Shown in pieces: positions 53,214 through 64,000 of a stretch of 64,000 nt of DNA. The stretch covers positions 64,001-128,000 of the forward strand of contig CAWJPJ010000007.1 in assembly GCA_963844715.1 (NCBI GenBank). Direction: 5' to 3'. The position numbers and the translations under genes are program-made. The notes under the pieces were generated by a model, which was not told the DNA's origin, did not search any database, and was given only the letters and a program-made list of their open reading frames with translations. The stretch's first letter is position 1. Each line of letters opens with the position of its first letter. This DNA is from an uncultured Phycisphaerales bacterium. Its GTDB lineage: Bacteria; Planctomycetota; Phycisphaerae; Tepidisphaerales; Tepidisphaeraceae.

Positions 53214-54007
53214 CGCCGCCCCCACATTTTTCGGCTTAGGCGCATCTGATCGGAACTGTTGGCCTCCTCCTCACGGATGGCGCGGCCGGTGAGGGAGATG
53301 AAGGCGTCCTCGAGGTTCGCCGCGCCGGCGGCGGTTTTGAGGGCCGCGGGGGTGTCGTTGGCGACGATCCGGCCGTGATCGATGACCGCGATCCGGTCGG
53401 CGACGCGATCGGCTTCTTCCATGTAGTGCGTGGTGAAAAAAACCGTAACCGTTTCGTCCCGGCTGAGTTGCTTGATGAGTCCCCAGATGCGGTTGCGAGT
53501 TTGTGGATCGAGGCCGATGGTCGGCTCGTCGAGGAAGATGATCCGCGGCTCGTGCAGCAGCGCGCGGGCGATTTCCAGGCGGCGCTTCATGCCGCCGGAG
53601 AAGCGCTTGACGAGATCGGTGCGGCGGTCCCAGAGTTCCATGATCTGGAGGAGCATTTGCGTGCGCTGGCGGCGCACGCGGCGCGGGACGCCGTAGAGTG
53701 CGCCGTGAAAATCCATATTTTCGGCGGCGGTGAGATTGTCGTCGACACTGGGATCCTGAAATCCGATGCCGAAGCTTTTGCGGACTTCCTTGGGCTGGCG
53801 GGTGGGGTCGAAACCGTTGACCCGGATCGAGCCGCTGGTCGGGCGGAGGATCGTGGTGAGCATTTTGATGGTGGTGGTTTTTCCCGCGCCGTTGGGCCCG
53901 AGGAAGGCGAAGACCTCCCCCGCTTGCACCTGGAAAGAGACGGCGTCAACGGCGGAGAATGAGCCGAAGCGGCGCGTGAGGTCGGCCACTTCGATGATCG
54001 AACTCAT
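53210..54007 (-). CDS. ABC transporter ATP-binding protein (DrrA-like)
   Basis: GPNGAGKTT, FSGGMKRRLEIAR, FLDEPTIGLDP, TTHYMEEA. Confidence 0.93.
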   Translation of the reverse strand: MSSIIEVADLTRRFGSFSAVDAVSFQVQAGEVFAFLGPNGAGKTTTIKMLTTILRPTSGSIRVNGFDPTRQPKEVRKSFGIGFQDPSVDDNLTAAENMDFHGALYGVPRRVRRQRTQMLLQIMELWDRRTDLVKRFSGGMKRRLEIARALLHEPRIIFLDEPTIGLDPQTRNRIWGLIKQLSRDETVTVFFTTHYMEEADRVADRIAVIDHGRIVANDTPAALKTAAGAANLEDAFISLTGRAIREEEANSSDQMRLSRKMWGRR

Positions 54008-55632
54008 CGCTGCACGGGCGGGAGCATGAGGGTCTTGACCCGCAGAATATTGGGGCGGGCCTTGAGACGATTGATCAGGCTCTCCGGGGGCTGGCTGTCG
54101 GTTTTGATGACCATGAGCGCGGTTGCCTTGCCATCCTGGCCGTAGTCGCGGCTGATGACCATATCGGCGATGTTAACCTGGGCGTCGCCGAAGCTGCTGC
54201 CGACGGTGCCGATCACGCCGGGCTGATCCTGATTGACGATGAGGACCATGTTCCCTTCGGGGATCATGTCCATGCTGTAGTTATCGATGCGGAGGACGCG
54301 CGGCAGGCCGTCGGCGTAGACGGTTCCGAGGACGCGATGGGATTGCCCATCGGGCCCGTCGGCGCGGACGCCGATGATGTCTCCGACAAGTCCGGCGGGC
54401 GGGCTGGCTTCCTGGATCGCCACCAGTTCGATTCCGCGGCTGCGCGGCGACGTGCTCGACGTTGATCACATTCACATCGGTATTGAGGTGAGGCCGGAGC
54501 AATTCGACGGCGGCGAGGCGCTGGAGCGTCGCCATCAGCTTGGGAGCGCGCGTGCCGCTGACACGGAGAGTAACCGTCTTGTATCCCGTATCGCACAGCG
54601 GCGCAGGAGCGCGCCGATGCGGCGTGCGAGTTCGGCGAAGGGGCGCTCGTCGGCGGGGAGATCGAGCTTCAAGCCGCCGGCGTTGACCGCGCCGCGGATT
54701 TCCCCGCTCTTGAGATAGGCGAGAATCGCTTTGCAGGCGTCGACGGAAACGGCGGTTTGGGCCTCATCGGTGCTGGCGCCGAGGTGTGGGGTGAGGACGA
54801 CGTTTTCGAGGCTCAAGAGCGGATGATCCTTCGGCGGCGGCTCGACGGCGTAAACGTCGATGGCGGCGCCGGCGATTTTCTTTTCCTTGAGCGCGTCGGC
54901 CAAAGCGATCTCGTCGAGCACCTCACCGCGGGCGTCGTTGACGACGAGGAGATTGGGGCGGCATTTGGTCATGAGGCGATCGCGATTGAGTAGGTGCTTG
55001 GTGCCTTCGCCGCCGGGGACGTGGAAGGTGATGACGTCGATCTGGCCGAGAAATTCGTCGAAATCGCGAACGAGTTTGACGCGGCCGTCGAGGGCCGTGG
55101 GGGCGGTGAAGAAGGGGTCATAGGCGATGACGCTCATCTCCATCGCCAGGGCTCGGGAGGCGACGGTGCGGCCAATGCGCCCCAGGCCGACGACGCCGAG
55201 CGTTTTGCCGGCAAGCTGCGTTCCCTGGTAGACGCTGCGCTTTTTCCATTCGAGCTGGCCGCCTTTTAGGGCCGCATGGGCCTGAGGGATTTTCCTGGCC
55301 AGGGAGAGCATCAGGGCCAGGGCATGCTCGGCGGTGGAAAGCGTGCTGGCTTCGGCGGTGTTGAGGACGAGGATACCCTTGGCGGTGGCGGCTTCGAGAT
55401 CGATGTTGTCGACCCCGACGCCGGCGCGGGCGATGGCCTTGAGCTTGCCCGGCTTGGCGAGCACCTTGGCGGTGACCTTGGCGCCGGAGCGGACGATCAG
55501 GGCATCGTACTCGCCTACGACGGCGGCGAGTTCGTCTTCCTTCAGGCCCACTTTGGCGTCAAATTCCGCCTGGTTTTGTTTGAGGAAATCGAGTCCTTCT
55601 TCGGCAAGTTTGTCGGCGACCAGAATACGCAT
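54004..55632 (-). CDS. serA: D-3-phosphoglycerate dehydrogenase (type I, with ASB and ACT domains); frameshifts at about 54430-54600
   Basis: RAGVGVDNID, GLGRIG, NDARG, DVYAVEPP, TPHLGASTDEAQ; ACT domain NQDQPGVIG...VNIADM in ORF 54004..54423. Confidence 0.93.
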
Positions 55633-55649
55633 ACATTATCCTTGTAAAC

Positions 55650-57441
55650 GTGAGTGGACCCAATCCTAAAGGTGGGACGGACGCACTTCAAGCGAGGCGG
55701 ATTGCCGCAGCCTTGCTGGGGGTGTGGGGAGCGGGTTTATGCGCGTGGATATGGGGAAGAACGGGCGACATCGCGGGAGATTTCGGGCATGAGCTATATA
55801 TCGCGTGGCAGATGAATTCCGGGCGCGTGCTCTACCGGGATTTGAGCTATCCCTATGGCCCGCTCCCCGCTTGCATCAATGCAATGTGGATGAGACTGGT
55901 CGGGCTGGAGGTGGGATCGGTCCTCATCGGTAATGCGCTGATTTTAGGATTGGCGACTTGGCTGCTTTGGCGAATTTGCAGGCGCTGCGCGGGGACATTT
56001 GCGGCGATTGTTGCAACGGCGTTTTTCCTGCCGGTCTTTGCGTTCAGTTGTCCGACGCGAATCACGGGGTTTAATTTTCTGACGCCTTATGCGCCGGGGA
56101 TTGTGCATGGGTTTGTCTATTGCCTGGCGGCGATTGAGATGCTTTTGCAATATCACGAGCGCGGGCGGCGGGTGTGGGCGGCGCTGGGGGGATTGTTCAT
56201 CGGACTGGCGCTGCTGAGCAAGCCGGAAATGTTCCTGGCTTGTTTCGCGACGTTCTGGACGGGATTAGCGGCATCCTTTTGGATCAAAAGACGCGTGGAG
56301 TGGAAATCGGTCGGGGTTGCGATTCTGGGCATGATCGCCCCGCCGCTGGCGGCGTTTGTTTGGATTGGGCATTTCACGGGCGCAGGCCGCGGCGCTGGCG
56401 GCGGTGTTCAGCGGGTGGCAATTCGCGACCAAGAGTTTCATTCTCGACACGCCGTTTTATCGGCAGTGTTTTGGGACGGATGATCTGCCGCGAAGTTTGT
56501 TCTTGATTGGGAAGACCGCGTGCATCGACGTGGGGGTGATCGGCATGCTGACCGTGATCGCATTTTCGCCGCGAGTGCTCCGGTATGCGCTGGGGGGAAT
56601 TTTCGGTGCGGCGGTTCTGGCCGTGATTATCGGTTCGCAGCAAAGCGCCTATTGGGTTGATGCGGACCGGGGATTGTTGGTCTGGGCGATTGCGGCGGCG
56701 GGAGTGGCGGGTTGGCGGACGATTCGGCGCCGCGGCGAATCGTCAAAATCGCTGGCGCGGCTTTGTCTGCTGATTTTCGGGCTCACTTCGCTGGTGAAAA
56801 TTTTCTTCAACGTGCGGACATATCACTACGGTTTTGTGCTGGCCGTGCCGTGCATGATTTCGCTCGTTTTAGCGCTGGTTCGGTGGCTGCCGGACGCGGT
56901 GGATCGGATGGGGGGAGGCGGGCGCGTCGTGCGGTGGGGAAGCGTGGCGATCCTTGCGGCGTTGGCTTGGAATCGAATGGCGACAACCCAGCGCGTGCTG
57001 GCGGAGCGGACGGTGACGGTTCCGCTGACGTTTGGGGGAACGCTGATGTCGCGAGCCGTGGATGAGCCGGTGATCGAAGCGATGAAAGTAATCTCGCAAC
57101 TCCCGGGCGGGGCGACGCTGGATGTCTTGCCGGATGGGTCGGGGATCAATTATGCGATTGGGCGGGTGAATCCGACGCCGTTTGATCTGGCCGATCCGAT
57201 CTGTCTGCATCTGGACGGGGGGGAGGCGAAGGTGTTGGCCGCGCTGCGGGAAAATCCGCCGGACGCGATTCTGCTGATTCATTTCGATAAATCGGCCTTG
57301 GGTTCCAGAATGTTCGGGGAAACCTACGCACTGTCGATTTATGCATGGCTAGAATCGAATTACGGGCTTAGCGCGACGTTTGGCGACGGCGGCGATGAGA
57401 AACCGGCGAAGCTCTGGCTGCGAAGGAGGGAACATGAATAG
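55650..57441 (+). CDS. Polytopic membrane protein, GT-C/ArnT-like glycosyltransferase; frameshift near 56370
   Basis: GDFGHELYIAWQMNSGRVLYRDL.YPYGPL first-loop motif, LSKPE, many TMs and a periplasmic C-terminal domain. Confidence 0.7.
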
Positions 57442-57886
57442 CAAACTTAGCATGCCGTGGGGGCTGATCACCCTGCTGGCGATCGGCGCGCTGTTGATCT
57501 CGATGCTTTACAAGAACCCGGCGGGTGTTGGGTCGGGGGAAAAGTCGGCGATTCCGTGGCAGAAGGATTTTGATTCCGCGAAGTCTTCGGCGGAGGCGGC
57601 GGGGAAGCCGCTCTTCGTGGACGCGTTTGCGACGTGGTGCGGGCCTTGCCAGGAGATGGCGCAGACGACGTGGAAGGACGCATCGGTCGCCAAGGCGCTG
57701 CAGGGTTATGTGCCGGTTTCGCTGGATACGGACGCGAACGGGACGGTGGGGATGAAATACGACGTGAGCGTGGTGCCGACGCTGATGGTGATCGATCCGA
57801 AAACGGGGAACGTGATCAAGCGGTCGGAGGGGGCGTTGGACGCCGAGGCGTTCAAGGACTGGCTGTCAAGCGCGTCGGGCGGGTGA
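57434..57886 (+). CDS. Membrane-anchored thioredoxin-family protein
   Basis: N-terminal TM; KPLFVDAFATWCGPCQEM; YDVSVVPT. Confidence 0.88.
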   Translation: MNSKLSMPWGLITLLAIGALLISMLYKNPAGVGSGEKSAIPWQKDFDSAKSSAEAAGKPLFVDAFATWCGPCQEMAQTTWKDASVAKALQGYVPVSLDTDANGTVGMKYDVSVVPTLMVIDPKTGNVIKRSEGALDAEAFKDWLSSASGG

Positions 57887-58303
57887 GGGGACGGGCTCCG
57901 CAGCGCGGCTGGGGACGGGGCGGAGATCGAGCTGGGGGATTTTTTTCATGAGTTCCGGCTTGCCGAGGCGCTGGGCGCAAAGGGTGGTGATGGCGACCAG
58001 CCCGCTACCGTACCAGCGAAGAAGGGCGGGATTGGCGCGGATAGCGGGGGGAACCTGCTTCCAGATGAGGCCTTCGTGAAAGATCGATTTTTCGTGCTTT
58101 TGGCAGAGGCAGGTGAGCTTGTCCTCGTCGCCCTGGGCAGCGCTGGCCGCGGCGGCAAAAAGCTTGTTGCGCAGTGATTCGGGGGTGACAACTTCTTCGG
58201 GAGGGCGGGTGTTGATTCGCCGGACGATGGGAGCCACCGGCTGAAGGCGGGGGCTCATACGGACCGGCTTATTGCGACGCGCTAAAAAATCGAGAAGGCC
58301 CAT
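57866..58303 (-). CDS. Hypothetical protein
   Basis: 145-aa ORF with a GGAGGG RBS-like sequence upstream; no family recognised. Confidence 0.5.
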   Translation of the reverse strand: MGLLDFLARRNKPVRMSPRLQPVAPIVRRINTRPPEEVVTPESLRNKLFAAAASAAQGDEDKLTCLCQKHEKSIFHEGLIWKQVPPAIRANPALLRWYGSGLVAITTLCAQRLGKPELMKKIPQLDLRPVPSRAAEPVPSPARRA

Positions 58304-58452
58304 GCAAATCCATTTCGCATTCCCTCCAGACTTTTATTTAATTAATCTTAGGCCGTCGGATTGCACCCATTCCTGCGGCAAGGGGGATTCTTCACGCCGG
58401 GGCCTTTGCGTCAATGCCGATTTGCGAAAAAACGAAGCTTTTTTGGAGAAAA

Positions 58453-59298
58453 TCAGAATCGGGCAAGAATTGCGCTCTCTGGGTCGGGACCGAACAGACC
58501 GCGTGGGGGTGCATCGTGCGTCCAGAGCCAGGAGGTGGGTCGGTCCTGCTCGGCCAGGACCAGCCGCGATGCGATACGGCGGTCCTGCGCGAACAATTTT
58601 GAGAGCCGGTGAGGGCAATTACAATCGCGGCTGCGATGCAGAAGGACGATGTGGCGCGGGAGCGCGGCGCGGCCGAGTTCGCATCGATCGAGAATCTGGC
58701 GCACGGCTTCGAATGCCTGCGGATTGGAGAGGTGGCCGCTGCCGCCCATGATGCGCCGTTTAAGAAAAAACGGCCGCGGGCTGTTTTCCTCCATGACGGG
58801 ATCGTAGTTGCTTTCGATGGCGAGGAGCTGAAGTTCGCTGAATCGATGGATCAATTTTTCGTCGACGCGGCCGAGATCGGTGGCGTAGCCGATCCGGGCG
58901 CCGGCGTATTCGATGACGAAACCGAACGAGCCGAGCTGGTCGTGCGGGAGATGGATCGGTTCGATCGTCAGACCCGGGAGCGGGGAAAAAGGGCGCGAGT
59001 CGAAAGGGCGCAGACAATTCGGCAAATCCGGCAACTCCGCGCAATGAGATCGATGACAATAAACCGCGATTCCGCGGCGCTGAAGTTCGCGCTCCCAGTT
59101 GGTATTAAAATGATCGCGATCGGTGTGGGTGAGGCAGATCGCCGAGATTTCGTTCGGATGCGCTTCGACTGATTTCAGGCGCGAAGCGGTGACGCGCGGG
59201 CCAATGCCACAGTCGATCAGGATCGTCCCGGCGGGCGAGCGCAGGATCGAGCAATTGCCTCCGGACCCGCTGGCGAGGATGGCGAGCGACAAAGACAT
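58453..59298 (-). CDS. MBL-fold metallo-hydrolase (YycJ/WalJ-like)
   Basis: MSLSLAILASGSGGNC, LIDCG, LTHTDRDH, PHD, YATDLG, ESNYD, GHLSN, LLHRS. Confidence 0.88.
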   Translation of the reverse strand: MSLSLAILASGSGGNCSILRSPAGTILIDCGIGPRVTASRLKSVEAHPNEISAICLTHTDRDHFNTNWERELQRRGIAVYCHRSHCAELPDLPNCLRPFDSRPFSPLPGLTIEPIHLPHDQLGSFGFVIEYAGARIGYATDLGRVDEKLIHRFSELQLLAIESNYDPVMEENSPRPFFLKRRIMGGSGHLSNPQAFEAVRQILDRCELGRAALPRHIVLLHRSRDCNCPHRLSKLFAQDRRIASRLVLAEQDRPTSWLWTHDAPPRGLFGPDPESAILARF

Positions 59299-59318
59299 CC
59301 GTGTCACGACATACGATC

Positions 59319-61272
59319 TTAGATAGCGGCGAGAATCGCCTTGTCGCCGAGCTTCAGGTAATCCAGAACTTCCTGCGGCTCGCGGCCGCTCTTGGGAAGC
59401 TGGCGGACGTAAAGTGATTTGAGCGTGACTTTGGCGCCGCTGGCAGCGATTTGCTCGGCAAGCTCGGATTCCAGTCCGCCGGCGTAGTTGTCCTCGACGC
59501 AGACCAGTTTTCCGCCGCATTTTGCGCGAGGTCAATGATGCCGGCGTCCTTGAGGGGGAGACCGTAGGCATCGACCACCGCGGCTTTCTTGCCGCTCTTG
59601 GCAAGTTCATCGGCGACTTTGAGGATTTCGTGGACCATGTATCCGGCGGCAACGAGGACGAGGTCTTTGCCTTCACGCAGGACGCGGTAGCCGCCGACTT
59701 CGAAGTTGTCTTCCGGCTTGTAGAGCATCTTGGTGTCGGCGCGGAGGCGCGCTGATAACACGCGCCGTCGAGATTGGCCATAAGTTCGGTGATTTTGTAG
59801 CAACTGATGGCGTCGGCGGGGAAGAAATATCGGATGGCGGGCTGGCCGTTGGGGGCCGTGACGTGGCAGAAGCTGCGGAAGAAAGCGACGTCGGGAAGGG
59901 ACATCTGGCTGGGCCCGTCGGCGGCGAGTGTGACGCCGGCGTGCGTGCCGGTGATCTTAATGTCCGCGCCGCTGATGATCGCCATTTCGACCTGGTCGTA
60001 GGCGCGTTCGACGAATTTGGCAAAGGTAGAACAGAAGGGAATTTTCCCGCCGGCGGCGGCGCCGGCGGCGACGGAGATCATGTTCTGCTCGGCGATTTTG
60101 CATTCGAGATATTGAGCGGGGAATTTTTTGGCGAACCATTCGGCGTGCGTCGAGTTTTTCACGTCGGCGTCGAGGCCGATGATGCGCTTGTCGGCTTCGC
60201 CGAGGGCGACGAGCGCTGCGCCATACGCCTTGCGCGGAGCGATCGGTTTTCCGGCGGCCAGGTCCTTGTCCAGCCCGACGGCGGCGAGACCGTCGGCGAA
60301 GGATTTGATCTTGATCGGCTTTTTCTCGCGGGGCGGGGCCTTGGCAGTGATGGGGGCGATTTTCAGCTCGCCGTCGATTTTGTAACCGCTGACGCCCAGA
60401 TCCTTGGCGGTGCGATCGAGTTGGGAGAGGACGTCGTTGAGTTTGTCTTTCTTGACCGGCGTGCCGTGCTTGCCCATGCCCTGTTCGGCGGGCGCGCCCC
60501 AGCCCTTGATGGTGCGGGCGACAATCGCCAGCGGGCGCTGGCCGTTCTGAACCACGCGCAATTCGTCCAGGGCGTTTAGAATATCTAGCGGGTCGTGCCC
60601 GTCGATTATGCGGACGATGAAACCGAAGGCGCGCAACTTGTCGGCCAGGCCCTGGTAACTTTGCTGCGGCGAGACGTAATCGCTTTGCGCCAGGTCGTTG
60701 CAGTTGAAGATGGGGATGACATTGGTGAGGGCGTGATCGACGACGAAATCGGCGGCTTCCCAGATCTGGCCCTCGCGGCTCTCGCCGTCGCCGATAACGA
60801 CGTAGAAATTTCGATCGAGCTTGTCCATTCGGGCGGCCGAGGCGAGGCCGGCGGCGACGGACAGGCCCTGTCCGAGCGATCCGGTCGCGGCATCGAAGAA
60901 GGGGACGCCCATTTGCGGATTGGGGTGCCCGTCGATGGGGCTGTCGATGGCGCGAAGAGTCATGGCATCCGCGGGGGTCATCGGGCGGGCGGCTTCGCGT
61001 CCCTTGCCGAGCGGAATAATCATTCCGCCGAGGTCGGCGTAGGCGGCGTAGATGATCGGGACGGCGTGACCCTCGGAGAGCACCAGCCGATCCGACGCGC
61101 CATTCCACGGGTCCTTGGGGTCCCAGCGCATTTGGTGGTACATGAGCACCGTCACAATATGCGCGAGGGAAAGCGACGTTGACGGATGCCCGCTGCCGGC
61201 AGCGGTGGTCATTTCAACGCTGAGTTTGCCGATTTCGATGGCCTTGGTGTTGACCGCGGATGTAAAGCTCAT
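59319..61272 (-). CDS. tkt: Transketolase (animal TKT-like single chain); frameshifts near 59750 and 59520
   Basis: GSGHPSTSLS, LSEGHAVP, ATGSLGQGL, GDGESREG, DADVKNST, ECKIAEQNM, ADGPSQM; the true C-terminus ...LKLGDKAILAAI ends at TAA 59319-59321. Confidence 0.92.
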
Positions 61273-61409
61273 GGGATTCTCCAACTGAATTTCCGGGAGG
61301 ATACATTCTGGCGGAAATGGACGCAATTACTGAAAGCTAGCTGAATTCTTGAATGGCGAGGGATGAAATTGATTCACCAAATCGAATATTGCAGGCTTAC
61401 AATGCGGTT

Positions 61410-63187
61410 ATGGCAAAGGCATGGCAAAACACGCGCAGCCGGCAACTCGCCATGCAGGGAACAATGTGGCTGGTGTTTGGGGCGGCAGTGGCGATCGCGA
61501 GTTTGACGGATCGGGAAATTCGCTCGAGCCAGACGGTCAATCTGGGGTCGCCGATTGCGGAGGGGCCGGTAACGTTCCGCCTGCCGGAGCATTGGGCGGC
61601 GACGACCGCCGATGAGTTCGGGACCCGGTTGCTGACCAAGGCGGTGGATCCGTCGGACGAGGCGGGCCGAGACGTCACGGTCATCCTTCAGCGGGTGGAT
61701 CACCTGATGGCGCCGCTGACGTATTTGCAGCGGGCGGATGAGTTGCCGTCGAACGCGGGGGACCTTGTGTTGACGCCGGTGGCGCTCAAGGGGGTTCCCG
61801 GACAGGTCGTGCGCTGGGCGGTTCCGGCGGCCAACGATGAAACGCGATCGGTGGCGTGCTGCTGCTTGATGCTGCCAACCGGACAGGCGCTGACGATTCG
61901 CCTAGAGAGAAACGACGATTTTGACGACTCAGACCAGAGGCTGTTCCAGGCGATTCTCTCTTCGGTGACGATTTCGGGGTCGCCGGTTCTTCGCCGCGGA
62001 ACCATCCATTTGCGCAACGGAATCCTGATCGGTCCGGCGGCGGATTTTGCGATTTACCCGGCTACCGATCCGTTGCGAAGCGACAATGAGCTTGTCAGAC
62101 AAACCACGGGCGGGGGATGGGTTTCGGCACGGTGTGTGCCGATGGTGATGGGAAATCTCCCCGCCGGTTCGCTGCGCGGGGCCCTGCTGGCGCTGGATCC
62201 GGTGGATACGCGCGATACGGCGGCGGCAAATTGGATTTCGTCGGATGCGATTCAGATCGACGCGAACCATTGGCGCATCGACCCGCACGATCCGGCCGAT
62301 GGTTGGGTGCACCGGCGGGCGTATGTTTTGACGGCGCCGTCCGGGCCGGCGATGCTTCTGCTTCTTACCGCCAACTACCCGGCAAGCGACGCGGACCTGG
62401 ACCAGGCTTACGCGGACTTGCACGTCACGATTCCAGCGAAAACCGGGGCAATCGCCGACACCCTTTTGGCCGACGGAGCCGCCGCCTTGGCGGACGTCGG
62501 ATCGGAACGTGGCGGCTCCGGCGAGCAGTGGTGGCTCTGGCAGCGCCAGGGAAACACGGAGGGAACCACACGATCATATCTCGACCCAACCGGGCAATTG
62601 CCGGTACGGGAAACGCTGCGGCGGGATTGGCATGGTTCGGTCTGGCGCGTCACGCAACGCTGGGGGCTGGGGGAATCGACGGCAGGCGCATGGCGCAATC
62701 CGTGCGATACGACGATGTCATGGACCAGGCGACATTCGTTTCCGATATGCGCGTTTCCGATCAGATCGTTACGACGCTCCAATTCAACGGGCAGGAATTT
62801 CAGAACAAGATTCCGAATTCCCCGGCGATGGTGAGCGGGGCACGGCTGCCGGCTTTATTGGCGGGAATGAAAAAGCCGGCCGTGGCGATTTGGACGGATC
62901 ATTATCCGGGATTTGAGGATGAGCCATATCCTACGCCTCTGCTCCTGGTGGTGCGGCGGGTATCGTCGGGGGACTCGGGCTCGGTTGTGGAGGCGGAAGT
63001 AAATGGAACGGGGCAGACGAGCCGATGGTTCTTTGCGCCCGACGGGACGTTCCAGCACGCGGATTTTTGCGGCGGGGTGAGTGTGCAGCCGGCGACGCTG
63101 TCGGAGGTGATTTCCGCGACGCAAAGCGATCCCCGCTTGACGCCGGCGCGGCAGCAGCCGACCATGGATTCCGGCTCGCCGCAGTGA
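61410..63187 (+). CDS. Hypothetical membrane-anchored protein (possible PsbP/DcrB-like domains); frameshift near 62690
   Basis: N-terminal TM; VTFRLPEHW; ORFs 61353..62834 and 62117..63187 join; TACAAT lies 6 nt before the ATG at 61410. Confidence 0.6.
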
Positions 63188-63219
63188 TATCGCGGATTTC
63201 TTGACCCGAGGTTACGAGG

Positions 63220-64000
63220 ATGAGGATTGCATCCATTTGTCTGGGATTGCTGTCGGCCCTCATGTGCGCCGTGGCGATTGGGGATGACGCGACCACCCAG
63301 CCCGATCTACACCCCACCAATCTGCTCGGCCCGGTTTTCACGAGCAAGCTCTACGGTCTCGAGTTTCGCGCGCCGTCGAATTGCGTGGAGGTGCATCGGC
63401 CGACGGCGGACACGATCGTCGAGTTCGACCGGCAGGAATATGACTGGCGCTTGCGGGCCTGGCGCGTGAAGCTCGAGCAGCCGCTGGCGCTGGCGGGGCA
63501 GCGCGACGCCGATGGAACCATGCACGACGGCGTCATCGAACTGGCGCTGCAAAAACTGAGTGAGGGAATTCCCGATGCGCAAGTTCTTCGCAATGAGGTG
63601 ATCAGCGTCGGAACGCTGCGCGTGGGGATGATCGCGGTGCGATATTCAACCGTCACGCAGGAGCGGCGGTTGACCGAGCAGGCGATCGTCGAGGTGCCGG
63701 ACTCGAACCGGCGGCTGTATTACTTCCTGGATTTGACCGGGCCGGGAAAGCCGGCGAGTGAACCGGCGGACATTGTTAATCCCGCGGAAAAAGCGGCGTC
63801 GGATACGTTCAGCCAGGTTGTCGATTCGGTGGTGCTGCTGGATCAATCGGGGATCGCGCGGGATCAAGTCGAGCGGTTGTACGAGACGCGGGCGCTGTTT
63901 GTCGCCTGGACGGGGGACCATTCGCAGATGCTTCGCAACGCACTGGTGCCGCAGCAATGGATGCGCGTCATGCGGAACGGACAGGACATCGGATACAGCT
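63220..64000 (+). CDS. Hypothetical exported protein, runs off the window end
   Basis: Manual translation MRIASICLGLLSALMCAVAIGDDATTQPDLHP...YGLEFRAPSNC..., apparently open to the window end. Confidence 0.65.
   Translation, partial: MRIASICLGLLSALMCAVAIGDDATTQPDLHPTNLLGPVFTSKLYGLEFRAPSNCVEVHRPTADTIVEFDRQEYDWRLRAWRVKLEQPLALAGQRDADGTMHDGVIELALQKLSEGIPDAQVLRNEVISVGTLRVGMIAVRYSTVTQERRLTEQAIVEVPDSNRRLYYFLDLTGPGKPASEPADIVNPAEKAASDTFSQVVDSVVLLDQSGIARDQVERLYETRALFVAWTGDHSQMLRNALVPQQWMRVMRNGQDIGYS

Noticed and set aside
58453..61326. Apparent 957-aa transketolase-MBL hydrolase fusion
   Set aside because: Artifact: frameshifts near 59750 and 59520 bypass the real tkt stop at 59319-59321, and the MBL gene has its own ATG at 59298.
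842..63187. About 20 frameshifted genes suggesting mass pseudogenisation or programmed frameshifting
   Set aside because: The breaks hit housekeeping genes (plsY, recJ, serA, tkt, thiG), both halves keep intact motifs, and no in-frame stop decay or common slippery site was seen. Uncorrected long-read indels are the simplest explanation; read polishing would confirm.

Overview
High-GC bacterial chromosomal segment. Gene content (exosortase/EpsI/Wza/Wzc locus, TPR-glycosyltransferases, Ser/Thr kinase, recurrent ATQP-type motifs) suggests a planctomycete, probably Phycisphaerae/Tepidisphaerales (inference). About 20 genes, including housekeeping ones (recJ, plsY, serA, tkt, thiG), carry single-base frameshifts, most likely long-read errors, so split ORFs are merged here. 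Contents: a GT4 glycosyltransferase, a hybrid histidine kinase with an HD-GYP regulator, padR, asd, tRNA-Val, gpsA, GH20, a Ser/Thr kinase, the exosortase/EPS export cluster, a B12 radical SAM enzyme, recJ, two TPR-glycosyltransferases, tal, a GH4 alpha-galactosidase, three tandem TadG-like pilins, a heterodimeric ABC exporter, thiS-thiG-rsmG-csrA-deaminase, plsY, an RHH/PIN toxin-antitoxin pair, pduO, drrAB-like ABC genes, serA, tkt and several hypothetical genes. Best candidate for a new system: the three orphan TadG-like prepilins whose C-terminal domain resembles the Ca2+/galactose lectin LecA (PA-IL), with divergent loop inserts, directly upstream of an alpha-galactosidase. Also notable: a 275-bp two-armed MITE-like element, heptamer-built palindromic repeats that supply gene ends, and widespread leaderless promoter architecture.
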